Positions 29,424 through 41,010 of a stretch of DNA of 64,000 nucleotides are shown piece after piece. The stretch is from an uncultured Gemmatimonadales bacterium (GTDB lineage Bacteria; Gemmatimonadota; Gemmatimonadetes; Gemmatimonadales; GWC2-71-9). The stretch spans positions 352,001 to 416,000 of the forward strand of contig CAVZZO010000003.1 in NCBI GenBank assembly GCA_963779755.1, written 5' to 3'. The notes under the pieces were generated by a model. The model was not told the origin of the DNA. It made no database searches and saw only the letters and a program-made list of their open reading frames with translations. The number at the start of each line of letters is the position of its first letter. Position 1 is the first letter of the stretch. The position numbers and the translations under genes were made by a program.

Positions 29424-29672
29424 ATGCTGGAAGCAGCGGTCACACTTCGGCTTACGAATAGATGCGAAACTGCGCGGAAGCTCGTGATTGAGCCATGGAC
29501 CACCGAGTTTCGACTGCAACCTGGGCACACTTACGACTTGGTGATATCAGGGGACCTTGGCCTCCCCTTAGAGGTTGAGTTCGAGGACGACGAACTAACC
29601 GTATACACTTTCGATTCCGCCAATGCCTCCTTCAAGATTTCCGAAGGCGGGGCTGAACTTAAACCACTGTAG
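29424..29672 (+). CDS. Putative immunity protein B (copy)
   Basis: Identical protein to 22950-23198. Confidence 0.65.
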   Translation: MLEAAVTLRLTNRCETARKLVIEPWTTEFRLQPGHTYDLVISGDLGLPLEVEFEDDELTVYTFDSANASFKISEGGAELKPL

Positions 29673-30156
29673 GAGCCCGGCCCTGTCTAGCCGGGGCGCT
29701 CGGGGCGCCTCCGGGTTGTCGGGCCTGAACTCCGAGGGGTTGGGTCTAGTTAGGAGCCTCGCGGGCTGCCGCGCGTGGCGGACCTCGGCCGGCGGAAAAG
29801 GAAAGTGGTGGGGGCCCCACGAGTTCAGCGGAACCCATCGGCTCCAGACCTGCCGCGAGCCGGCTCCCTCGTCGGGCGTATGCGCCCACGGGAGCAGACG
29901 GGGTCACCCCACCGGCTCCAAGGTGCTACCGGTCCTTCGATTGTCAAAGAGCGCCGCGTTCCGCGTGCCGGCGGGATCCTGGCACCACCCTCATAGGTCG
30001 TTGAGGCTCGGGGCCTCCCACATCTTCATGGATGCTCTCCGATCGCGGCCGGGCGGCCAGCAACACTCTGTGCGCGGAGCTCACCGAAGACGCCGGCGGC
30101 TCAAGGCAAATAGAGGGCGGCCTGGCCGCGCACGCGCGGCTCCCACCGATCTCCGG

Positions 30157-31422
30157 CTATTCGCTCACCACCGGCTCTGCGTGATGCCGCTGCGCCTCCC
30201 AGCGCTCCCGCTCGAACGGCTGGCCCGAGTGGAGTACGGCCAGGAGGAGCGGCACCAGCTTGCGCGCCACCGCACAGACCGCCTTGGTCCGGAGCCCGCC
30301 ATTGCGGGCCAGCAGGGCCTGATAGTACGCGCGGTAGAGCCCCCGGGGCTGGCACCAGCGGCCGCCCAGGAGGAACAGCTGGCGGCGGAGCAGCGGCAGG
30401 CCCCGTTTGGACTGTTTGCGCCGCCCCTGCACGCTGCCGCTGGAACGCTCGACCAGATTCATGCCTGCGAGTTTCAGCACCTGGCGGGGATGAGTGAAGC
30501 GCTCCGGAGTGCCCAGCTCGGCCACAATCGTAGCCGCACAGGTGGCACTCACCTCGGGAATGGTGGTCAGCGCCTTGGCGGCGGGACACTGCTCCACCAA
30601 GGCGGCGATCTGCTGGTTCAACACCGCGAGCTGCTCCCGCAGGAGGTCCCAGCGGGCCAGGAGCTGCTGGATCTCCAACCGCCGCTCGGGAGCGGCGTCG
30701 GCCAGGGCGACACTGGTGCGGGCGGACTCGCGCAGGACGTGGAGCCGCTCCGGGCCCACGTGGCCCCGCGAGACGGACCGCGCCAGGCGCGTCACCGCGG
30801 CCGGGGCGGCTGCCAGGAAGTCCTGCGGCAGCGGCCAACGCGCCAGCAGGGCGCGCGGGGTGGGCTTGCGCACCTGCGAGAAGTGCGTCAGGAACTCGGG
30901 CCAGGCCAGGTCGAGCAGGCTCTGGAGACGGTTCTTGAACCGGGTTTCCTCGACGGTTAACCGGTGCGGTGGGTGGTGAGCAGCCGCAGCTCGAGATACG
31001 GGGGCTGCAGCGCCGGATATCCCACGAAGATCCCCAGGCTCACCAGCTTGCAGATCTCGGCGGCATCCTTCGCGTTCGTCTTGTTGGGGCTGTTATCCTC
31101 CAGTTCCTTGGCCCGCTTGGTGTGGGCCGGCAGGATATTGACCAGCGCATAGCCGCGCGCCGCAGGCACTCGGCAAACGTGAAGCCGTGATGGCCGGCGA
31201 ACTCCAGCCCCACCAGCATCTGTCCGGGCCGGACGCCGGGAAACCAGGCCGTCAACTGCGCCGCGGCGGCCTCGAAGCCTGCGCGGCTCACCGGCACTCG
31301 GACCGGCTTCGTCGCCGGCCATCGGGGCCCTGGGCGACCAGGACGTGAACGCGCTTGGCGGTGTCCACACCCACGTGGACGGGAAACCAGCGGGCGTAGG
31401 CGGACTTCTCATCGGGGGTCAT
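30157..31422 (-). pseudogene. IS110 recombinase, frameshifted copy
   Basis: Homologous to the other two copies but split across frames. Confidence 0.85.
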
Positions 31423-31508
31423 AGCGCGGCTCCGGGTGGAAGGAATCACAGGAGTCGCGGAAGGAGCTACGGGCCGCGCCGCGGCGTCAAGCGGGTATAG
31501 ATGTCTTG

Positions 31509-31934
31509 TTAGACAGTGCCCCGTACCTCCTGAACGCGTCCACCTACGACCGGGTCATATGGAGAAGGACACGGACATCTTGAGCCGGGCGGGCACGTGT
31601 TGCGTGTTAGCATCGCCGGTTGAAACCGGCAAGTCCTGATAGATGCAGCAGCTGCAGCCCCGAACCTGGCATCGGAAGCACTCAGAACCCGCACTGACGC
31701 GCTGTCCACGGACCCGCTTGAATCGACAATGAAGGCCAAGGAGACGGTCCCAGATACTCGGGCAACTCGTAAGGAAGGTGGATAGACGGGCTCTACGCAG
31801 CTGATGTAACGCGGGAGGCTATCGAGAGTTGAACCATCTAGGGCGGTGGCCGGCTGGTGCTTGCCAGCCCCAGGGATCCCGTTGGTAGCACAGGCTGCGA
31901 GGAGTAAGAACGCCACAGCTGTACTTCCTCTCAT
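31509..31934 (-). CDS. TonB C-terminal-domain lipoprotein (cassette; C-terminus possibly frameshifted)
   Basis: LAAC lipobox, PVYPPSLR...GTVSLAFIVDSSG...RFQPA. Confidence 0.7.
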   Translation of the reverse strand: MRGSTAVAFLLLAACATNGIPGAGKHQPATALDGSTLDSLPRYISCVEPVYPPSLRVARVSGTVSLAFIVDSSGSVDSASVRVLSASDARFGAAAAASIRTCRFQPAMLTRNTCPPGSRCPCPSPYDPVVGGRVQEVRGTV

Positions 31935-32101
31935 GCGTCTGCTCCTAGTGGCGTGGCACTGGCTAACGAAGTGTGCGTCAGCGGCGGCGCGATGCCCCGC
32001 TCCTTCACAATCCTACGCTTCCACAGCGCGACCGCTAGAGGCCTGGGAGATGGGCCAACGGGCGGCGCGACCGGCCCGTCTGCTGGACGCACTTGTTAGA
32101 C

Positions 32102-33183
32102 GGCGCGGATTCATATACTAAGTGCAACAACGGAAGGCGACGAAAGCGGTGATCTGACAGCAAGTAGACTTCTCTGTCCGCCAAGACAAGGAAGCCGACC
32201 ATGAACTACCGCCAGATCACCGCCGCTGAACGGTACCCCTCGGCCTGCTTCGCCGACAGGGGCTGACGGCGGCAGCCATCGCGCGCCTCCTCGGTCGCCA
32301 CCGCAGCACCATCGGCCGCGAGGTCCGGCGCAACCGCACCCACCACGACGGGGGCTACCGCCCCCAGCTCGCCGACTGGTACGCGCGGGGCCGGCGGAGC
32401 CACTCGCGCCGCAACACCCGGTTCACCGCCACGGATTGGGCGGAGGTGGAACGCCTGGTGCGCGAGGACTGGAGCCCCGAACAGATCGCCGGCCGCCTCG
32501 CCGCGGACGGACACCTCGCCATCAGTCACGAGACGATCTATCGGTACGTCTGGGCGGACCGCGCGGACGGCGGCACGCTCTACCAGCACCTCCGCGGCGC
32601 CCGCAAGCAGCGCCGCAAACGGTACGGGCGCTACGACAGCGGGGCCGCCTGGCCGGGAAGCGGATGATCACGGAGCGGCCTGCGATCATCGAAGGCCGCA
32701 GCCAGGTCGGTCACTGGGAAGGCGACACCGTCCTCGGCGCGGGACAGGCCGGCCCCTGCGTGCTGACGCTGGTGGAACGGAAGACCGGCTATCTGATGCT
32801 CGGCCAACTCCACCAGCGGACGACCACCGCCGTCACGCGCCGGGCGACGCAGCTGATTCATCGGGAAGCTCGCCCGGTGCGCCCATCACCGTGGACAACG
32901 GCACCGAGTTCCATGACTACGCGGCGATCGAACGGGAGACCGCCACGCGCTTCTACTTCGCCACGCCGCACCACAGCTGGGAGCGCGGAACCAACGAGAA
33001 CACCAACGGCCTGCTGCGGCAGTACCTCCGAAAGGCCACTCTATGGCGCACCTCACCCAGGCCGCGTGTGATCGCCTCGCCGCAAACTCAACCGCCGCCC
33101 CGGAAGCGCCTCCTCTACCGCACCCCGGAGGAATGCTATGCACGATGAGGCTCAGTGTTGCACTACAAACTTGATATCAGACC
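32102..33183 (+). mobile_element. IS30-family element with frameshifted transposase (32201-33148)
   Basis: WSPEQI, ISHETIY, GHWEGDTV, DNGTEF, SWERGTNENTNGLLRQY motifs; imperfect 27-bp terminal IRs ending AGTGCAAC. Confidence 0.88.
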
Positions 33184-33211
33184 GCTACTTGGCCGGAACT
33201 GAAGTTGGCCT

Positions 33212-33735
33212 CTACCGTGCCTTGGTTACATAGATGCGCTGGACTGTCTCTCTCGGCAGCCAGTGAATTGACTCGTCTTTGAACCGTATCTGAACCGCTT
33301 TCCGGGTGCTACCGTCCTCAAACACGTGGCTATTCGCGAAACCAGTTACGGTACCAATGAACGACTTGTCGGTCGTCAGGTATAGTTCCGTACCCACCAG
33401 AGGTTTGCAACGAGCTGCTGCCACTGGGGCCCGAGGGGGCGATGACGGGGGCTTCTGGTGTGGCTGGGATGCCGCGGGAGAAGGTCCGCTGGTTTGGACC
33501 AGCTAAGTTGGGCTTCGCAGCCGTCTGGTTGCCGGAGGACCGATGGGGAATTGAGTACGGGTGTTCCGCCACCAGGTAAGGCCCTCAACAGCATGATGAG
33601 CAAGAGTCCGCCTAGGACCACGATGGCGAAAGGTGACAAGGGCTTCTTGTGCGGAGCCTGTTTGCCGCACTGAGGGCAAACCTTTGCATCAGATCTGATT
33701 GAAGCACCGCATTCGCTACAAGGGCGAAGCGCCAT
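33212..33735 (-). pseudogene. Zinc-ribbon membrane-anchored protein split into two frames
   Basis: MALRPCSECG...CPQCG plus TM, continued by ORF 33212-33424. Confidence 0.55.
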
Positions 33736-33892
33736 CAGGTCCCCCCTGTTGCATGGTCAGCGGCAACGAAGTGCGCGTGTGCTGCAGCGCGATCCCTCAG
33801 GTTTTCACAAACTACGCTTCCACAGCCGCGCCGCTAGGTGGCCCGAGCGTGGGTCTACAGCCCGCGCGACCGGCCTGCAGAACGACGCGCTT

Positions 33893-34199
33893 GTTAGCTG
33901 CCGGCCGAGAGGACGCTACCTCTTCCGGCTGGGGACCCACGCTCGGAGGCACGGCCGCCGGCCGGAAGCCCAGCGGGGCGGAGGAAGATCGGATGCCTCC
34001 GAACCAGCTTGGGGCCTTCCGTGCCCCGAACGCCTCGCGGCCAGGAGTCTTGGGCGGCCCGGCGGAGTGTTCGATGCGACCCGCGCAAGGAGGCCGGTGC
34101 CGCCTCACGACGATCAAGCAGTTGAGGAAGCCCGGCGGCACCATCAGGAGCCCACCAAGAGATGAGCAACGGACAGCTTGGCTGGCTCGTGCAGCTAAC
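33893..34199 (-). other. ORF-less cassette family A (copies/variants 35914-36240, 36365-36690, 38082-38407, 41193-41500, 47848-48170, 49334-49637, 49766-50092, 52395-52769)
   Basis: ~305-375 bp, ends GTTAGCTGC and GCAGCTAAC, conserved GAGCCCACCAAGAGATCAGCA block; indels between copies do not preserve frame. Confidence 0.8.
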
Positions 34200-34314
34200 G
34201 AAGTGCGTTTCAGCGGCGGCGCGATGCCCGCTCCCCGACCGACGCTTCCGCAGTGCGACCGCACACGCCCGGGGATGCCCATCGGATAGACTGGCTCGTC
34301 CGCTGGAAACGCGA

Positions 34315-34816
34315 GTTAGACAGCGCAATCCAATGGGGACGAGCAATGACTTGGGCCCCTCGGTGCCGTGTTCTCGTGGTCCTTGCCGGTGCGAAATGAC
34401 TGAAAGTCCCGCAACTCACGCCGCTCATTCTCCTGTAGCTGGACGAGTTCTCTTACTCGCCAGATGGCCGATCTGCGGCCGTATCACCGTTAGCGGAAAC
34501 CTCGCCGTTGATGGAGGTCGATGACCAAGCTTCTCACCCTGTTCTCTCGAGGGGATCCTCAGTCGAGCCGATATATTTGCTCTGCCAAGCAACGACATAG
34601 CCCCATTCGCGATTCTTCATTATGAGAAGCAGAGAGAAGTACAGGTACTCCTGATCTCTTCTTTGCTGATCGACATCAGGAACAGCTCGTACTTTTGTGA
34701 CCGAAGGACACATACCGGGTCAAGGATGCGATTCCTGGCGCGTCCTCAAGGTGGATGCGGTCGGAGCGTGGCAGCGTGCTGTGGCTCTCTTGGCTCGAGA
34801 CGCTTCCCCCGCTGGC
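34315..34816 (-). pseudogene. Degraded copy of the 43968-44455 cassette gene
   Basis: Same sequence as 43956-44420 with many indels. Confidence 0.6.
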
Positions 34817-34947
34817 TAACGAAGTGCGCGTGTGCTGCAGCGCGATCCCTCAGGTTCTCACAAACCTACGCTTCCACAGCCGCGGCGCCAGGAGGCCCGG
34901 GCGAGGGCCGGCGGTCCGCGCGACCGGCCTGCAGAACGACGCGCTTG

Positions 34948-35352
34948 TTAGGTTGCTGCAGGATGCCCGCTGCGCCGGCGCCATTCAAAGACGACGACCA
35001 GGGCGAGAACGAGCAGAATGGGAGCCGTCAGTACCCCTGGGGTATAGCCTCCTTGCTGCCAGGACCACAACGGATGACCGACGCCGTTGATGACTTCGAT
35101 GGTCACCCAGAACGTGACAATCGCTCCCGTCCCACGCCAGCCGCGCCTCACGGGCCAGATAAAGCACCAAACCCCAAAAGCAACGAGGGCGACATTGAGG
35201 ACCGCAAACCCGACCTGCCGGTTGCTCGACACTAAGCCGGTGAGAATGCGGGCTGGCGGGAAGGAGTCGTAGAGCTTGCCCAGATATTCCTCGACCGAGT
35301 GCGCTGCCTGGCCAAGTACCAGTGCTCCAAACGCCAAGTGAAAGCGAGACAT
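34948..35352 (-). CDS. HXXEE-domain protein, copy 2
   Basis: Identical protein to 27953-28357. Confidence 0.85.
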   Translation of the reverse strand: MSRFHLAFGALVLGQAAHSVEEYLGKLYDSFPPARILTGLVSSNRQVGFAVLNVALVAFGVWCFIWPVRRGWRGTGAIVTFWVTIEVINGVGHPLWSWQQGGYTPGVLTAPILLVLALVVVFEWRRRSGHPAAT

Positions 35353-35507
35353 GCTTGGCAGCAACCTAACGAAGTGCGCGTGTGCTGCAGCGCGATCCCT
35401 CAGGTTTGCACAGTCCTACGCTTCCTTAGCCGCGCCGCTAGGAGGCCCGAGCGAGGGCCGGCGACCCGCGCGACCGGCCTGCAGAACGACGCGCGTGTTA
35501 GACAGCG

Positions 35508-35750
35508 CTATCGCTGACCTTTGCGTTGTAGCACCCAAATGGCAATCAGGCACACTGGAGGAATCAAGAGGATTGCGGCGCCGCCAGTGAGGCCGGCCGG
35601 GTCGACACTGACTCCGCTCAGCCCGGGACCACTTGAGGGGAGATTGCTGAGCATGTTGATTGCACCAATGAGAATGGCACCTCCTGAGATCAGTACCCAG
35701 GCAACGCTCAGCCATACAATGCGGGATCTCGGCCAGGCACCGATCTTCAT
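35508..35750 (-). CDS. Small two-TM membrane protein (cassette)
   Basis: AGGAGG RBS, fills the cassette. Confidence 0.65.
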   Translation of the reverse strand: MKIGAWPRSRIVWLSVAWVLISGGAILIGAINMLSNLPSSGPGLSGVSVDPAGLTGGAAILLIPPVCLIAIWVLQRKGQR

Positions 35751-36817
35751 GACTTGCCTCCTATTGATGCTCCGCGCTGGCTAACGGTCTGCGTTTCAGC
35801 GGCGGCGCGATGCCCCGCTCCCTCATAATCCTACGCTTCCTTACCGCGACCGCTAGATGTCCGAGCAATGCACCAGCGGCCTGCAGCACCGTGCCCGGCC
35901 GCTGCAAACGCTTGTTAGCTGCCGGCCGCAATGACATTCTCGGTTGCGATGACGCTGCCGGCAGGTGCGGAGTCCCCACCCCGGGAGGCCCGGCCGCCCC
36001 CTCGGAGCTCCGGCGGGGCGGAAGATCGCTGGACGCTTGTCCACCGGGAACGACGCTGACCCTGCCCCGACCGCCCCGCGGGGAGGGGCCCCGGGCGGCA
36101 TGGCGGAGCCTGCCAGACGACCCGCGCAAGGAGGCCGGTGCCGCCTCACCTCCGCCAACCAGCTGAGGAACTCCGGCGGCACCACCAGGAGCCCACCAAA
36201 AGATCAGCACTGGGAGGCCCGGCTGGCGCGTGCAGCTAACGAAGTGCGTTTGAGCGGCGGCGCAATGCCCCGCGCTCTCACAAACCTACGCTTCCACAGT
36301 GCGGCCGCTAGATGCCGAGAACGGGCCAGCGGGCCGCGCCCCGGCCCGCCCGCTGGAAACGCTAGTTAGCTGCCGGCCGCATTGACATTCTCGGCTGCGA
36401 TGACGCTACCGGCAGGCCGGGGCCCCCACGCCGGGAGGCCCGGCCGCCCTCTCGGAGCTCCGGCGGGGCGGAGGATCGGCGGGCGCTGCCCAACGGGTAC
36501 GACGCTGACCCTGCCCCGACCGCCCCGCAGCAACGAGTTCTGGGCGGCATAGCGGAGCCTTCCAGACGACCCGCGCAAGGAGGCCGGTGCCGCCTCACCT
36601 CGACCAACCAACAGAAGGAGCTCCGGCGGCACCACCAGGAGCCCACCAAGAGATCAGCACTGGGCAGCCCGGCTGGCTCGTGCAGCTAACGAAGTGCGCG
36701 TGTGCTGCAGCGCGATCCCTCAGGTTCTCACAAACCTACGCTTCCACAGCCGCGCCGCTAGGAGGCCCGGGCGAGGGCCGGCGGTCCGCGCGACCGGCCT
36801 GCAGAACGACGCGCTTG

Positions 36818-37222
36818 TTAGGTTGCTGCAGGATGCCCGCTGCGCCGGCGCCATTCAAAGACGACGACCAGGGCGAGAACGAGCAGAATGGGAGCCGTCA
36901 GTACCCCTGGGGTATAGCCTCCTTGCTGCCAGGACCACAACGGATGACCGACGCCGTTGATGACTTCGATGGTCACCCAGAACGTGACAATCGCTCCCGT
37001 CCACGCCAGCCGCGCCTCACGGGCCAGATAAAGCACAAAACCCCAAAAGCAACGAGGGCGACATTGAGGACCGCAAACCCGACCTGCCGGTTGCTCGACA
37101 CTAAGCCGGTGAGAATGCGGGCTGGCGGGAAGGAGTCGTAGAGCTTGCCCAGATATTCCTCGACCGAGTGCGCTGCCTGGCCAAGTACCAGTGCTCCAAA
37201 CGCCAAGTGAAAGCGAGACATG
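36818..37222 (-). pseudogene. HXXEE-domain protein, copy 3, frameshifted
   Basis: Split into ORFs 36818-37036 and 36973-37233. Confidence 0.75.
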
Positions 37223-37367
37223 CTTGGCAGCAACCTAACGAAGTGCGTTTCAGCGGCGGCGCGATGCCCCGCTCCTCCACAATCCTACGCTTCCACAGCG
37301 CGACCGCTAGATCCGGGGGCAATGCACCAACAGGCAGCAGCACCGGCCCGCCCGCTGGAAACGCTAG

Positions 37368-37868
37368 TTAGGGTCGCAGGCGCTCGACACCCAAGTGAAC
37401 CGGTTTCCACGAGTCGAAACCGGTACCGATCAGCGCGCCGAGAGCACCCCACGTCAGGCCAGTACCGATTATGGCTCCGGCTTCCCCCTGACCTGCAGGT
37501 CGCTGCTCCGCTGTGCCGACCACATAGACCAAGGCCAGGCCGGCGCCCACGAGCGCACCGATCACCGCTCCTCGCCGTGCTTGGTTGCCTTGGCGTACTT
37601 CGACGAGGCTCAACCCGGCCGCGGGCCGGCGAATGGTGTCCGCGGCCCCCCTCGCAGTGCACGCGGGACTCGGGTAGCTGCAATACACGATAGTATCCGT
37701 CTGGGCACCGAGTGGCGACAGCAAACGCCCACGCGCTGGAGGAGCGAGGGACCACGTCAGACGCACCACACTCCCAACGGGGAGAACGGCTAGGGAGTCC
37801 CTCTTCTGGGCACCGGCAATCGCTGGCCACAGAAGGAGCAGGGCGACTGCAAAGAAGGCATGCCGCAT
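37368..37868 (-). CDS. Copy of the 25600-26100 glycine-zipper protein
   Basis: Identical protein and same attC variant. Confidence 0.7.
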   Translation of the reverse strand: MRHAFFAVALLLLWPAIAGAQKRDSLAVLPVGSVVRLTWSLAPPARGRLLSPLGAQTDTIVYCSYPSPACTARGAADTIRRPAAGLSLVEVRQGNQARRGAVIGALVGAGLALVYVVGTAEQRPAGQGEAGAIIGTGLTWGALGALIGTGFDSWKPVHLGVERLRP

Positions 37869-38534
37869 GTGCCGGGCCCGTGGAAGGAGACCTTCTGCCA
37901 CTACTTGTTCTCCGTCCTCCAGCCGTGACCTAGTCGACTTGCTGCGCCCTAACGACCTGCGTTTCAGCGGCGGCGCGATGCCCCGCCCTTTCACAATCCT
38001 ACGCTTCCACAGCGCGGCCGCTAGATGTCCGAGCAATGCATCAGCGGGCGGCAGCACCGTGCCCGGCCGCTGCAAACGCTTGTTAGCTGCCGGCCGCAAT
38101 GACATTCTCGGCTGCGATGACGCTGCCGGCAGGTGCGGAGCCCCCGCGCCGGGAGGCCCGGCCGCCCACTCGAAGCCCCGGCGGGGCGGCAGATCGCTGG
38201 ACGCTGTCCACCGGGAATGAAGCTGACCCTGCCCCGACCGCCCCGCGCCGCGGTGCCTTGGGCGGCATGACGGAGCCTACCAGACGACCCGCGCACGGAG
38301 TCAGGTGCCGCCTCGGCTCCGCCAACCAACTGAGGAGCTCCGGCGGCACCACCAGGCGCCTACCAAGAGATCAGCACTGGGCGGCCCGGCTGGCGCGTGC
38401 AGCTAACGAAGTGCGCGTGTGCTGCAGCGCGATCCCTCAGGTTCTCACAAACCTACGCTTCCACAGCCGCGGCGCCAGGAGGCCCGGGCGAGGGCCGGCG
38501 GTCCGCGCGACCGGCCTGCAGAACGACGCGCTTG

Positions 38535-38939
38535 TTAGGTTGCTGCAGGATGCCCGCTGCGCCGGCGCCATTCAAAGACGACGACCAGGGCGAGAACGAG
38601 CAGAATGGGAGCCGTCAGTACCCCTGGGGTATAGCCTCCTTGCTGCCAGGACCACAACGGATGACCGACGCCGTTGATGACTTCGATGGTCACCCAGAAC
38701 GTGACAATCGCTCCCGTCCCACGCCAGCCGCGCCTCACGGGCCAGATAAAGCACCAAACCCCAAAAGCAACGAGGGCGACATTGAGGACCGCAAACCCGA
38801 CCTGCCGGTTGCTCGACACTAAGCCGGTGAGAATGCGGGCTGGCGGGAAGGAGTCGTAGAGCTTGCCCAGATATTCCTCGACCGAGTGCGCTGCCTGGCC
38901 AAGTACCAGTGCTCCAAACGCCAAGTGAAAGCGAGACAT
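38535..38939 (-). CDS. HXXEE-domain protein, copy 4
   Basis: Identical protein to 27953-28357. Confidence 0.85.
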   Translation of the reverse strand: MSRFHLAFGALVLGQAAHSVEEYLGKLYDSFPPARILTGLVSSNRQVGFAVLNVALVAFGVWCFIWPVRRGWRGTGAIVTFWVTIEVINGVGHPLWSWQQGGYTPGVLTAPILLVLALVVVFEWRRRSGHPAAT

Positions 38940-39927
38940 GCTTGGCAGCAACCTAACGAAGTGCGCGTGTGCTGCAGCGCGATCCTTCAGGATTTCACAA
39001 ACCTACGCTTCCTTAGCCGCGCCGCCAGGAGGCCTAGGAAGGGCCGGCGGACCGCGCGACCGGCCTGCAGAACGACGCGCTTGTTAGCAACCAGCTGCGC
39101 ACGGCGGCCTAGGCTAGCGCGGAGCCCGCGCGCGAAGCCCTGGCCGCCGCTGGGAACGGTGCGGCGCGGGGACGGCCCGGTGGCGTGGAACTCTGACGGC
39201 ACCTGCCCTGCCCCGACCGCGCCGGGCTCCAGAAGCCCTGGGCGGCGGATTCGTTTGAGCCTTTCTGCACGGAGGCGGGGCCGCCCGCAAGGAGTTGCTC
39301 TCGGGTTCCTGAGCTCCGCGGCCCTGATGGGGCCCACCAAAGAGACCCGCTGCGGTGCCTCGCTTGTGTTGCTAACGAAGTGCGCGTGTGCTGCAGCGCG
39401 ATCCTTCAGGATGTCACAAACCTACGCTTCCTTAGCCGCGCCGCCAGGAGGCTCGGTCGATGCCAGGCAGCCAGCGCGCCCGGCCTGCAGAACGACGCGC
39501 TTGTTAGCAACCAGCTGCGCACGGCGGCCTAGGCTAGCCCGGAGCCCGCGCCCCGAAGCCCTGGCCGCCCGCTGGGAACGGTGCGGCGCGGGGACGGCCC
39601 GGTGGCGTGGAACTCTCACGGCACCTGCCCTGCCCCGACCGCGCCGGGCTCCAGGAGCCCTGGGCGGCGGATTCGTTTGAGCCTTTTTGCACGGAGGGCG
39701 GGGCCGCCCGCAAGGAGCTGCTCTCGGGTTCCTGAACTCCGCGGCCCTCATGGGGCCCACCAAAGAGACCCGCTGCGGTGCCTCGCTTGTGTTGCTAACG
39801 AAGTGCGTTTCAGCGGCGGCGCGATGCCCCAGCCCTTTCACAATCCTACGCTTCCACAGCGCGACCGCTAGATGCCGGGGCTAGGCACCAAAAGGCAGCA
39901 GCCTCGGCCCGTCCGCTGGAAACGCTA

Positions 39928-40144
39928 GTTACAAGGCAGCGCGCTCTCGCCCGCGAGCGGGACCGAACCAAGATCGCTGGGCCGCCGCAAGGAGCGTTGG
40001 GCGCCGGCACCCGCCCGAACCTTCCCGATGCGCTTTGATGCCGGGCGGCCCGAACAGCGCCCTCACGGAGCTTTGGCGGCCACCACCAGATGCTTCTCAC
40101 AACGGCAAAGAATCAAGAACAGTCCGGCTTGCCTGCCGTGTAAC
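39928..40144 (-). other. ORF-less cassette family D (copies 46740-46951, 48991-49207; variants 42836-43053, 43614-43828)
   Basis: ~215 bp, ends GTTACA and TGTAAC, shares GGCCACCACCAGATGCT with family C. Confidence 0.8.
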
Positions 40145-40270
40145 GAAGTGCGCGTGTGCTGCAGCGCGATCCTTCAGGATGTCACAAACCTACGCTTCCT
40201 TAGCCGCGCCGCCAGGAGGCTCGGTCGATGCCAGGCAGCCAGCGCGACCGGCCTGCAGAACGACGCGCTT

Positions 40271-40594
40271 GTTATGTGGCAACCACGCGGGCCGACGCTC
40301 CACACCGCGCGGCGATCTCTTCGGCCGCCTCGCAGAGCCCAGGGCGACTCCCAGGCCCGCATGCCCGGCCGCGTCAGAGCACTGAGGGCGCCGGCGCGAT
40401 GATCACACCCGAAAATGCTTGGGACCTTGCCCTGCCGGCGCCCATACGGGGCCGCGGCGCCACCACTGGATCGGAGCCCGCTGGGAATCCTGGCGGCCAG
40501 CGCCACAGCGGATCACAAAAGGCCACAAGCGAGGAGCCGTTCTGACTGCTGTACAGAAAGACCCAGGAACAGTCCGGCTTCCTTGCCACATAAC
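40271..40594 (-). other. ORF-less cassette family E (copy 42390-42709)
   Basis: Ends GTTATGTGGCAA and TTGCCACATAAC; shares GAACAGTCCGGC with family D. Confidence 0.78.
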
Positions 40595-40755
40595 GAAGTG
40601 CGTTTCAGCGGCGGCGCGATGCCCCGCTCCTACATGATCCTACGCTTCCATAGCGCGACCGCTAGATCCTCCGGAGATGAACCACGAGGCCGCAGCCCCG
40701 GCCCGCCCGCTGGAAACGCTAGTTAGACAGCAGGCAAGTGAGAGGCCGAGAAGCT

Positions 40756-41010
40756 TCATTCCGATTTCAGCTCAGTGCCGCCACGAAATGCCTTGAGCTC
40801 GGCGCCAGGAGTATCGAACGCGGAGATGGTGATCTCGGAACCCTGGAGCTCAATCAGCAGCGGCGTACCGGGAGTTCCGGTGACCTCAACTTCGAGATCA
40901 CCGTGTGAACCGATCGTGTATTCACCTGTCCAAGGCTCAAGGATCACCTTGCGGGCCTCGTCGTCAAGGTTCGCCAGTCGGAGCCGGAAGGTGATCGGTT
41001 TACTGGACAT
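40756..41010 (-). CDS. Orphan homolog of immunity protein B, as a normal cassette
   Basis: LRLANLDDEARKVILEPWTGEY...GGTELK aligns with LRLTNRCETARKLVIEPWTTEF...GGAELK. Confidence 0.75.
   Translation of the reverse strand: MSSKPITFRLRLANLDDEARKVILEPWTGEYTIGSHGDLEVEVTGTPGTPLLIELQGSEITISAFDTPGAELKAFRGGTELKSE

Larger units (their letters stand above)
28922..31506 (-). mobile_element. IS110-family composite element, copy 3 (cargo B, several indels), inserted in attC
   Basis: The attC from 28794 breaks after GACGCGCT (28921) and resumes TGTTAGA at 31507. Confidence 0.9.

Noticed and set aside
36558..36590. Resemblance of family A (CTTCCA...AGGAGGCCGG) to the attC central region
   Set aside because: The match is short and GC-rich; insufficient to claim that ORF-less cassettes derive from attC.
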